A stretch of DNA of 64,000 bases, from positions 16,960 to 80,959 of IMG/VR virus record IMGVR_UViG_3300032050_000075. One strand, 5' to 3'. The stretch comes from a virus. Each line of letters begins with the position of its first letter. Position 1 is the first letter of the stretch. The position numbers were made by a program, and so were the translations under genes. Below the pieces are notes generated by a model that was given only the letters and a program-made list of their open reading frames with translations, was not told the DNA's origin and made no database searches. Positions 56,693 to 64,000 of this stretch are shown piece by piece.

Positions 56693-58045
56693 TTATGGTG
56701 CTGAAACAGCAGTAACAGCAGTACAAGCTTCTCCAACTCCAAAACAACCTACAGTTTCAAGTTGAACACAGTTAACACCCTGTGCATTTTCAATCCAAGT
56801 CTCTACAAATGTTTCAAAGTCAGTTTGAACACCATCAGCAGCATCTGTAATAATCTCAAGCAAGTATTGATCATTATCAAATGTACCAGTTGGATTATTG
56901 AAACGTGGAACGCTGTGCTGGATGTAGTAACGATAGTATTGTCCTGATCTGTCAATTGCACTATTTACATCATATCCTTGAGTAATCTCACGGATACGAA
57001 GATCCATACCAGTATAGAAGTAGTTCTGACTGTACATTTCGGATTGAATTACATCACGAATAACAGTTTCACCAAAACCAGCACCTTGTACAGGCAAACA
57101 TACTTGTGTAGAACACAGACCTGTAAATGTGCAAGGATCACCATTGTAATCTACTTCAGAAGCATAAATCTTAACTGGTTCAATATATGCCAATACTGAA
57201 TCATTAGGATAGAAAGTACAATCTCCAAAACGAGTATCAATATAACCACCGTTGATAATCAAGCCTGCCAAAGTATCAGCAGGAACCGCATTTGCAGGCC
57301 ATGCTGTAGTACCTTGAATATATGGAATCAAATCTTCCAAGCTAGTTGTAGCACCAGCTGGTACAGATTCGCCATTATCTACATATGCAGCACTTGGAGC
57401 AAGTTGTTCCCAAGTTGCACCAGCGTCAGTAGAATAAGTAATTTGAACATTTACAAAAGGTGAAATCAAAGGACTGTTAACCAAGTTATATGCCCAGTTA
57501 GCATATACAATCAATGGATTAACTGCAACTGGTGCAATAGCATCCTCAGGGCAGCAACCAGTATAAGCATCAGCAGTGTAGTATGTATTACGACTCAAAG
57601 TACGAAGTACAGGTGAACCTTTAACATCTAGACGCAAGTAGTATGTTTCCCCACAGTAGAATACTTTTTCGCAGCTACCAGGATCTTCAAAATTAATCTG
57701 ATTCAAACCAACAGTAACTTGTGAATTTTGAGGATCACAAGGATCAACACGGTAGAATCGAGTAATATACTTTGGATTAATAGTCTTTGACTTGTTTGAC
57801 TCTTGGTAACCTCCGTGAAAAGGACCAATCTTGTCATTCTGATACAAAGAACCAGCAGCAAGAACCAAAGGACAAGCAATAGTACCAGGAACAATTGGTT
57901 GTACTTCCCAAGTCTTAGGATCTACAAATGCAAATTCACCAGTCTGAAGAACGTTATTGGCAGTGCCAAGTACGCCCTCATCAAGTGAGGTAAAAGCACT
58001 TGTTCCAACAAATGCTTTTTGAAAAGCGTGATTAAAATAAGCCAT
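56693..58045 (-). CDS. abundant structural protein (450 aa), possible auxiliary capsid protein
   Basis: Has its own candidate promoter and terminator; codon style resembles the MCP gene; located in the head module. Confidence 0.6.
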   Translation of the reverse strand: MAYFNHAFQKAFVGTSAFTSLDEGVLGTANNVLQTGEFAFVDPKTWEVQPIVPGTIACPLVLAAGSLYQNDKIGPFHGGYQESNKSKTINPKYITRFYRVDPCDPQNSQVTVGLNQINFEDPGSCEKVFYCGETYYLRLDVKGSPVLRTLSRNTYYTADAYTGCCPEDAIAPVAVNPLIVYANWAYNLVNSPLISPFVNVQITYSTDAGATWEQLAPSAAYVDNGESVPAGATTSLEDLIPYIQGTTAWPANAVPADTLAGLIINGGYIDTRFGDCTFYPNDSVLAYIEPVKIYASEVDYNGDPCTFTGLCSTQVCLPVQGAGFGETVIRDVIQSEMYSQNYFYTGMDLRIREITQGYDVNSAIDRSGQYYRYYIQHSVPRFNNPTGTFDNDQYLLEIITDAADGVQTDFETFVETWIENAQGVNCVQLETVGCFGVGEACTAVTAVSAP

Positions 58046-58082
58046 TTTTATACAAAAAATTTAAGTTAATAAATATATACTC

Positions 58083-58107
58083 AATATAGGAAATCCTACA
58101 TAAAGTT
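58083..58107 (-). promoter_or_regulatory. candidate phage-specific promoter AACTTT-N12-CTATATT
   Basis: Third copy of the bipartite motif, in the gap upstream of ORF 58045. Confidence 0.45.
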
Positions 58108-58115
58108 CCAAATAA

Positions 58116-58721
58116 TTAGAGATAATCTTTCATCTCATGGTCAAGAAGCCTCATGGCAATCTTGTCTTCTCCAAATGCTTTTAACTGATCTTTCCAGTTT
58201 TGCATTTTATTATGTTCTTCAACTTGCTCCTTCAAAAACTTAAGTGCAAGTTCATACAGCATATGATCACCTTTTTTCATAGCATCACTAGCTAAATCTT
58301 TGATTTGCATAGAGATGGTTAATTCATGATCAAATGAGGTTTTAATAATTTCAGGTAAGCCAGAAAAATTTTGGTTAGGTGCATTAAGCATAGGTGTAGA
58401 TGGTTGTACACCCATTGACAATAGATATGTTCTTGACCAATCAGCATGTGCAAGTTCTTCAGTAGAGTAATTCTTCCAAAGTTTAGCAGCATTAACATAA
58501 CCATTGTTATCTAGCCACATGGACATTGCAAGATAAATTCTAGAAGAATATTCTTCTTGCTGTACTCTATAATTCAAATAATCAATACATTCAGTAGAGA
58601 TCAATGGATTATGGTCTATTGATATCGGGGTTGGTATACCTGCTGCTTTACTAGAAGCACTAGCTGGTGCGGATTCTGCTGGTTTACGAGATAATAAATT
58701 TCTAGATGGTGTTTCGGCCAT
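58116..58721 (-). CDS. ftn: non-heme ferritin (FtnA-like) with N-terminal low-complexity extension
   Basis: Aligns by eye to FtnA: QEEYSSRIYLAMSMW, EELAH, DHEL, KEQVEE, LLDHEM; ferroxidase-centre residues appear intact. Confidence 0.88.
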   Translation of the reverse strand: MAETPSRNLLSRKPAESAPASASSKAAGIPTPISIDHNPLISTECIDYLNYRVQQEEYSSRIYLAMSMWLDNNGYVNAAKLWKNYSTEELAHADWSRTYLLSMGVQPSTPMLNAPNQNFSGLPEIIKTSFDHELTISMQIKDLASDAMKKGDHMLYELALKFLKEQVEEHNKMQNWKDQLKAFGEDKIAMRLLDHEMKDYL

Positions 58722-58725
58722 TTTC

Positions 58726-59433
58726 TTATGTATTTGATTCTGATGAATTATTTGCTATGCTGTACTGATTCATAGACTCAATATCTCCAGCTAAGATTTT
58801 AACAGTGTCGTCTATTAATATTTCTGTGATATTATCCTGAAATTCACATTCTACATCTATGGGAGAAGCAGTTAGTGTATATGGATCTACACAATCTAGA
58901 ATCTGAAGTTTTCTTGGTTCACGATAATACATTAAATGCGGATCATGAATATCGAACTCATTGTTATTGTAGATCCTGACTCTATTTGAAACAATTGTGC
59001 AGAAGGTTTCTCCCCATTCAAAACTTGGTTTCTTTAGAGTATCCTGTAAAAGAATTGGAACATTTTGTTCCTCGGCTATAAAAATAACGGCAAGATCCAT
59101 AGGATCTTTACAGCAATCTTTTTTAGCACCAGCACTAATTCTTTTAAACTGCAAGTAGTCATCTGGTAATGGATATGATTCAGCATATAGATTCTTTTGT
59201 AGTACTAGTATTGGAGTTTCTTTTAATAGAATCTGAAGATCATCAATCTTACGGGTAGTTTGTTCATCACCCTGTCTTTCAACATTAAGACCAATAATCT
59301 GTCTTCTAACCCATTGAATCTGTGCCTTATTAAACGCCTCTACAATCTGCCAACATTCAATGTTGTCATAATCATTACTAGCTAACTTATTAAGTCGCTG
59401 TTTAATTTTTAATTGTAGAGTTGTATTGTTCAT
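58726..59433 (-). CDS. head-tail ring/adaptor protein (235 aa)
   Basis: LNKLASN...EAFNKAQ...IDDLQIL...YPLPDDYL...YYREP...EILIDDTVKIL pattern of crAss-like ring/tail tubular proteins. Confidence 0.65.
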   Translation of the reverse strand: MNNTTLQLKIKQRLNKLASNDYDNIECWQIVEAFNKAQIQWVRRQIIGLNVERQGDEQTTRKIDDLQILLKETPILVLQKNLYAESYPLPDDYLQFKRISAGAKKDCCKDPMDLAVIFIAEEQNVPILLQDTLKKPSFEWGETFCTIVSNRVRIYNNNEFDIHDPHLMYYREPRKLQILDCVDPYTLTASPIDVECEFQDNITEILIDDTVKILAGDIESMNQYSIANNSSESNT

Positions 59434-59762
59434 CCTTTACGCTTAATGTTTTTCCACATTGCTGCAGCTGCAATTTTTTTTCCTTTTTCTCCACCACCTG
59501 CCTTGGCAGCAACATCGGCAAAAGATTTACCCTTTTTACCAATGTCCTTACCAGCCGATGCTTTTTTTGCAACAGATGATTTTTGTTTCTCTGTTAATCC
59601 AGAAGATGGTTTCTTTTTACCAGTAGTTCCTCCTTTTTTCATAGGAATGCCCATTAGTGCACCTATACCAAGTCCTGCACCAGATCCCCCAATAGCATCC
59701 ATTGCGTTCTTTGCGGTATCAATTAGTGCATTAGCTTTTCTCATTTTTCTAAAGAATCCCAT
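59430..59762 (-). CDS. small basic Lys/Ala/Gly-rich protein (110 aa)
   Basis: MKKGG motif; AGKDIGKKGKSF..VA..AGGGEKGKKIAAAAMWK. Confidence 0.65.
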   Translation of the reverse strand: MGFFRKMRKANALIDTAKNAMDAIGGSGAGLGIGALMGIPMKKGGTTGKKKPSSGLTEKQKSSVAKKASAGKDIGKKGKSFADVAAKAGGGEKGKKIAAAAMWKNIKRKG

Positions 59763-59947
59763 TATTTTTTCTTTTTAATTGTTCCACCTTTTTTAAATAC
59801 ACCGCGTCCCTTTAGAACATCAGCCTGAGTTAGTTTACCATCACCGGTAAGATCTGGAAAAGAACCACCTTTAGCCATTTTAGGTTTCTTACCTGCAGCT
59901 TTCATTGACATTGCAATAGCTGCTTGTTTTTTTGAATTTTTTGCCAT
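59762..59947 (-). CDS. small basic protein (61 aa) with DLTGDGKLTQAD (EF-hand/dockerin-like loop)
   Basis: Start moved to MAKNSKK (59947); MAKGG and FKKGG motifs flank PDLTGDGKLTQADVLKGRG. Confidence 0.7.
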   Translation of the reverse strand: MAKNSKKQAAIAMSMKAAGKKPKMAKGGSFPDLTGDGKLTQADVLKGRGVFKKGGTIKKKK

Positions 59948-59960
59948 TATAGTAATTGAT

Positions 59961-60212
59961 TTAACATTTCCATTTACGTAATGCCTTATTGATCCTACTA
60001 TTAGGGTCATTAGCAGTTTTGCTAGAGGTTAGTTTCTTTTTCATACCAGACATTCTAGCACAAAATGATTTCTTTCTAGGTCCACCTTCAGGTTGAGGAG
60101 CCTTTAAATCTGAGCCAGGATTCTGTCTTTCATAAGACTTTCTTCCCTTTTCATTAAGTCCACCACTTGGTGACTTACCAGATTTCTTTTGCCATGCAGG
60201 TGACTTTGCCAT
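59961..60212 (-). CDS. DUF6321-like small basic phage protein (83 aa)
   Basis: AWQKKSGKSPSGGLNEKGRKSY...RKKSFCARMSGMK...DPNSRINKALRKWKC, a recognisable conserved phage family. Confidence 0.7.
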   Translation of the reverse strand: MAKSPAWQKKSGKSPSGGLNEKGRKSYERQNPGSDLKAPQPEGGPRKKSFCARMSGMKKKLTSSKTANDPNSRINKALRKWKC

Positions 60213-60403
60213 TACTTTTTAGTTTTTTTAGCTACTGATCCACCCAGCATTTTAAGTTGCTGTTCAGTAGCTTTCTTAACCTGATTAATCAAACCTTTGT
60301 CCTTCATGATATTATTATATTCATTAATAGTTCTCATGGCAGACTCAATTTTCCATTGCTGCTCACGTCTTTTATCTTCAGCAGACATTCTAATACTTGG
60401 CAT
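60212..60403 (-). CDS. small basic protein (63 aa)
   Basis: TAATG-coupled ORF; KMLGG near the C-terminus. Confidence 0.65.
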   Translation of the reverse strand: MPSIRMSAEDKRREQQWKIESAMRTINEYNNIMKDKGLINQVKKATEQQLKMLGGSVAKKTKK

Positions 60404-60405
60404 AA

Positions 60406-60567
60406 CTATTTGGTTTTTTTAGATTTAGCTTTAATCTTTTTTTCCTGTTCAAGCATAGCCTTAGTAGGCTTCTTACCAGAACCAGCATTTGCACGGATAT
60501 TATCCCATAGTCCTCTCTGACTATAGGATCCATCTTTCCGTTTAATCATTTGTTTCTTAGCAGCCAC
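60406..60567 (-). CDS. small basic protein (~53 aa, GTG start), not in the ORF track
   Basis: Manual translation (M)AAKKQMIKRKDGSYSQRGLWDNIRANAGSGKKPTKAMLEQEKKIKAKSKKTK; fills the gap between neighbours. Confidence 0.65.
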   Translation of the reverse strand: MAAKKQMIKRKDGSYSQRGLWDNIRANAGSGKKPTKAMLEQEKKIKAKSKKTK

Positions 60568-60691
60568 AGGCACATTTTTTTAAGGTTTTAACAGGTCCCC
60601 CGTTTTTATAGGGGGACTTGTTATTCTTTCCTTGAGGTTTACCGTAAGAAACCATTTTCTTCTGTTCCTCTGGGTTAAGTAGCTTATTCAT
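60557..60691 (-). CDS. small basic protein (44 aa), not in the ORF track
   Basis: Manual translation MNKLLNPEEQKKMVSYGKPQGKNNKSPYKNGGPVKTLKKCACGC; starts 1 nt after the previous stop. Confidence 0.6.
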   Translation of the reverse strand: MNKLLNPEEQKKMVSYGKPQGKNNKSPYKNGGPVKTLKKCACGC

Positions 60692-60692
60692 C

Positions 60693-60956
60693 TTACTTCT
60701 TTTTACCCATTTTCTTCATGCCACCGTAGGACATCTTGCCTCCCATTTTCATCTTACCGCCATACATTGCAGCAGGAATAGCAGATGAAGGAGGAGTATT
60801 TACACCACCGGATGATTTGCCAGTAGCAGCTTTTTGTGCTGTGGCAGCAGTATTACCGCCACCAGATCTACCAGTAGCTACTTTAGATGCCACGGCTTTA
60901 GCATTTGTATTTGCCATGCCGCCGGTCATCATTTTCTTTTTAGACATTTTTTTCAT
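60693..60956 (-). CDS. small basic K/M/G/A-rich protein (87 aa) with tandem xxGG motifs
   Basis: Start moved to MKKMSKKK (60956); MMTGG, AMYGG, MKMGG, MSYGG. Confidence 0.7.
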   Translation of the reverse strand: MKKMSKKKMMTGGMANTNAKAVASKVATGRSGGGNTAATAQKAATGKSSGGVNTPPSSAIPAAMYGGKMKMGGKMSYGGMKKMGKKK

Positions 60957-60984
60957 GTTACAAATATTTATATTATTAATATAC

Positions 60985-62001
60985 TTATTGATTCCAATAC
61001 TTCTCAACTTTTTTTGTCAAATTCACAAGAATTTCTTCATTTAGAGGATTCTTGAGGTATTCAACAACTTCTGAGGGGGTTCTACCCATCATAGCACCAG
61101 AGGAGACTTCATAGATAAATCCGTCAGCTTTAGTAGCAATTAACTTATAGTAAGTAGCATCTTTAACAATAGATCTCAGTTTTAATGATTCCATGTCCTG
61201 ATTAACTGCATCCAAGAACATTTGTGCTGCTCTGTTTGCATTTTTCTCAGTACCCTGGCCATTAATAAATGTATCCATGTTATCATACAATACATCTGTT
61301 GGTGTAGACTTCTTGTATTGAACACTACTTACATCAACTACCTTAGCAATGTAAAGTAGTTTATTTGTATTCTTATCAAACAACTTCTGCAACTCAGCAA
61401 GTGCTTTGTTACGAAGCTTTTTACTTTCTGTTTTAGTAGACACAGTATCTTCATACTTGTCTAGGTAAAACTTCGGTGGTTTTTGTCTTGTTCTAGCCTC
61501 TTCATAGCTTTTAGCAATTATAGAAAAGCCACCAGCCTGAATAGCATATAATTTAATCAAATCATATGGATCCTTTGCTGGATCTAAAAACAATGGTTCG
61601 TTACCACAACGAAGTGTTATCTTACTCCAGAACTCATGATTATCAGGTCTAAGTAATTTAACCTTATTCCAAAATTCTGGATCATCAGGATTAATAACGT
61701 TTGCAGCAAGTTCTTTTTCAAGCTGACAAACCGTACTTCTAATCTCTTTAATCTTAGCCTCACGTTGCTCAGGATCTGGTAGCAATTTTACATCTGGTGC
61801 AAATTCATTCAATCCTGTAAGATATCTACTGATACCGTTTAATTCAACACAAGCTAATTGTTCTTCATGATGTACACCATCATATAATGCCAGTCCATAC
61901 TTTTCTAATCCCATGTTCTGTACATTACTATTAAAGTATGGTTTAATAGCAATGGGTCCCTTCTTAATAGCAGGGTTCTGTTCAATTAATGTAAAACTCA
62001 T
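60985..62001 (-). CDS. conserved head-module protein (338 aa)
   Basis: Intact ORF two genes downstream of the MCP; EFWSKITLR, YLKNPLNEEIL; function not assignable. Confidence 0.65.
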   Translation of the reverse strand: MSFTLIEQNPAIKKGPIAIKPYFNSNVQNMGLEKYGLALYDGVHHEEQLACVELNGISRYLTGLNEFAPDVKLLPDPEQREAKIKEIRSTVCQLEKELAANVINPDDPEFWNKVKLLRPDNHEFWSKITLRCGNEPLFLDPAKDPYDLIKLYAIQAGGFSIIAKSYEEARTRQKPPKFYLDKYEDTVSTKTESKKLRNKALAELQKLFDKNTNKLLYIAKVVDVSSVQYKKSTPTDVLYDNMDTFINGQGTEKNANRAAQMFLDAVNQDMESLKLRSIVKDATYYKLIATKADGFIYEVSSGAMMGRTPSEVVEYLKNPLNEEILVNLTKKVEKYWNQ

Positions 62002-62035
62002 TTTTGTTGGTTTAATAAATTTATGATAAAAGTAT

Positions 62036-62065
62036 AAAAAGGGGAGTAATTATCCTCCCCCTTTT
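62036..62065 (-). terminator. GGGGAG/CTCCCC hairpin terminator
   Basis: AAAAAGGGGAG-taattatc-CTCCCCCTTTT, with A/T tracts on both sides. Confidence 0.7.
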
Positions 62066-62074
62066 AAATATTTT

Positions 62075-62281
62075 TTAGTCTGCCCAAATCTGAATCCAAT
62101 CAGATGGAGAAGAAGTACCGATTGAAATATAAATAACTAATGCATCAGTATTTACATATACAACACCTGGTGCAGCAGGAGCAAAATCAGGAGCAGTTGT
62201 ACCACTCAGTGGTCCAAACTTAGCAATGTCCTGTCCAAGATTTTGCCATACTTTTTTCTTAGGTTTATTATAGATTCCCAT
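62075..62281 (-). CDS. small structural protein (68 aa), possible head decoration/fibre
   Basis: SGTTAP..AAPGVVYVNTD...YISIGT.S.SDW motif; lies right after the MCP. Confidence 0.6.
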   Translation of the reverse strand: MGIYNKPKKKVWQNLGQDIAKFGPLSGTTAPDFAPAAPGVVYVNTDALVIYISIGTSSPSDWIQIWAD

Positions 62282-62297
62282 TTCTTATATTTTTATA

Positions 62298-62325
62298 TAA
62301 AAGGGGAGGTTTCCCTCCCCCTTTA
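62298..62325 (-). terminator. hairpin terminator after the MCP
   Basis: AAAAGGGGAGG-tttc-CCTCCCCCTTT. Confidence 0.7.
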
Positions 62326-62335
62326 TTATCAATTA

Positions 62336-63958
62336 TTAGAATGAACCTCCTGTAACAGGGTTTCTCATAACAATCTTCAACACCTTGGTTGGGTCTTTAA
62401 CCCAGATTGCAGGCATTGTTTGTGTCATGAATACACGGTAACCATTGAACTGACCAGAAGACTGGAAGCCTTGGGTACGACCCATGTAGTCCATAGTACC
62501 GTTTTGATACCACCACTTCAATTGATTATCCCAAGACAACTTCAACAAGAAGATGTTATCATTAGTATTATCAGTAATATCGAAGATGATGAAGCTATAA
62601 GATGACAATGGGAAACCATCAATGATTGGGTTTTCAATGTCATTTGTATGCAAGTTGTCAAATGCTGGGTTCAATACGAACTTAACATTTGCCAAGAATG
62701 GAATCACATATGATGTGAATGCAAATCCAAAGTTCAAGTCCATGCTCTGACCAGAAATTGCACCAATACCTGCATCAGATGCAGCTTGGATAACAAGACC
62801 TGAAGATACAGCCTCTCTACGGATTGCTTCATTTACCATTCTCATACCACCCATACCGGTTTGTACAATCAGTTGACGCTTAGGATCTGGACCCTTGAAT
62901 TCAACCTTACCAGCATAGAAGTTGTAGATTTCAGAACGGAACAAATCCAAGCTAAAGCCTGACTTGTTGTATACACGCTTGAATGAGTTATCAAGCTGCT
63001 TCCAGAGACCGACAGACAGACGGATATCATCTGGACCATCCTGACGTACTCTACCTCCTTGTCCCCACATCAAGTAGGTTTCAATGTCATTAGCAACCTT
63101 AGTAAGGTGTGCTGCTTCCATTGTAGTCAAGAAAGTACGAGACAATGAACCATTATTCATTGCACGTTTAACATAATCCTTACCCATACGGCTAACCATA
63201 GTATCCAAGTTAGCTACAGCAGGATCAATGTTCTTATCAAAGTTACGCCAGATTTCAGTTACAGGTACAGTACCATCTGCATTCATACCACCTTTGATCA
63301 TAAGATCAGCACGGCTAGAAATAGAGTAATGTACGTGTGCTTCAGCACCACCTACAAAGTTGTAGAATTCACGGAAGCCAGTAGCTGTGATGATATCAGA
63401 GAATCTTTCTCCGTATTCACCACGAGCAGAACCTTTACGGAAGATCTTGGTACCAGATACAAGATACTGATCAGAATCAATACCGTTACCAGTATCATTG
63501 TTTACGAGTTGTACAGTGTACAAGAAACCATCACCGAGAGGAAGAATATCATCTGCGGTAACGTACATTTCAAAGCCATTGTACTTGTCATAAGTGATGA
63601 TATCACCATGACCAAATTCTCTGCGTGACAATTTGATCTGGAAGGTAGTACCATCAAGACCAACAATACCCGTAGCTTGTGAATCTACAATGTAAGGAAG
63701 ATCCTGTACAACAGGAGTCTGCCACTTGTATTCACCACGTGCATTGTCTACATTAATTACGTTCTTACCACCAAAGGAAGACATCTGATAAAGCGGCATC
63801 TCAACCTTTTGTGCCATTGCCCAAAGGTCAACTGGTCCAAGGTCCATCGGCTCCGCATTCTTCAGCATGTTAACCAGGTGATATGAATCTACGTGCGAAC
63901 TAGCCGCATAATTGGTATCTCGTAGAAATATACCATTGTTTAAAACTGGAGTTGCCAT
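62336..63958 (-). CDS. major capsid protein (crAss-like, HK97 fold), 540 aa
   Basis: First gene of the virion block, followed by strong terminators; high-expression codon bias; GLWKQL, VQTGMGG, NPAFD, IFD, WVKDPT motifs resemble crAss-like MCPs. Confidence 0.8.
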   Translation of the reverse strand: MATPVLNNGIFLRDTNYAASSHVDSYHLVNMLKNAEPMDLGPVDLWAMAQKVEMPLYQMSSFGGKNVINVDNARGEYKWQTPVVQDLPYIVDSQATGIVGLDGTTFQIKLSRREFGHGDIITYDKYNGFEMYVTADDILPLGDGFLYTVQLVNNDTGNGIDSDQYLVSGTKIFRKGSARGEYGERFSDIITATGFREFYNFVGGAEAHVHYSISSRADLMIKGGMNADGTVPVTEIWRNFDKNIDPAVANLDTMVSRMGKDYVKRAMNNGSLSRTFLTTMEAAHLTKVANDIETYLMWGQGGRVRQDGPDDIRLSVGLWKQLDNSFKRVYNKSGFSLDLFRSEIYNFYAGKVEFKGPDPKRQLIVQTGMGGMRMVNEAIRREAVSSGLVIQAASDAGIGAISGQSMDLNFGFAFTSYVIPFLANVKFVLNPAFDNLHTNDIENPIIDGFPLSSYSFIIFDITDNTNDNIFLLKLSWDNQLKWWYQNGTMDYMGRTQGFQSSGQFNGYRVFMTQTMPAIWVKDPTKVLKIVMRNPVTGGSF

Positions 63959-64000
63959 TTACTTATTTATTTAAATTAAAAGGGTTATCGTTTATCGTTT

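Noticed and set aside
5821-63628. Numerous 60-190 aa ORFs antisense to, or out of frame within, the long genes
   Set aside because: Shadow ORFs fully overlapping well-supported long CDSs, with no motifs and biased composition.
1-64000. Stop-codon reassignment (TAG/TGA recoding known in some crAss-like phages)
   Set aside because: Very long ORFs are intact in the standard code, and TAG/TGA act as normal stops between tightly packed genes.
1-64000. tRNA genes, CRISPR arrays, integrase
   Set aside because: No cloverleaf, regularly spaced repeat array or recombinase motif seen; intergenic gaps are very short. A tRNAscan run would confirm.

Overview
A 64 kb segment of a lytic dsDNA phage that looks crAss-like (Crassvirales-related) and probably infects Bacteroidota. 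It is read in the standard genetic code. The + strand (1-5112) holds the end of a replication/nucleotide-metabolism module: family B DNA polymerase, DUF932-like, Nmad1/DUF1599-like and MazG-like dNTP pyrophosphatase genes. This converges at a hairpin terminator on a ~59 kb minus-strand virion module. That module encodes the major capsid protein, a cluster of tiny basic proteins, ring/tail proteins, a ferritin, very Cys-rich fibre/adhesin-like proteins (including two tandem Asp-box + vWA + Cys-repeat paralogs), a free-standing GIY-YIG endonuclease, a tail stabilization protein, and seven internal/ejected proteins including a 3335-aa virion RNA polymerase (GGDFDIDK). The most striking pattern is that the seven internal proteins (~9,700 aa) contain only four cysteines by my reading. 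All four sit at the facing termini of the three consecutive giant proteins, suggesting a head-to-tail disulfide-linked ejection chain. Other candidates are a recurrent hydrophobic-x-x-GG peptide signal on putative capsid cargo, a ferritin inside the morphogenesis operon, and a bipartite phage-specific promoter motif. All calls come from reading the sequence by eye; no searches were run.
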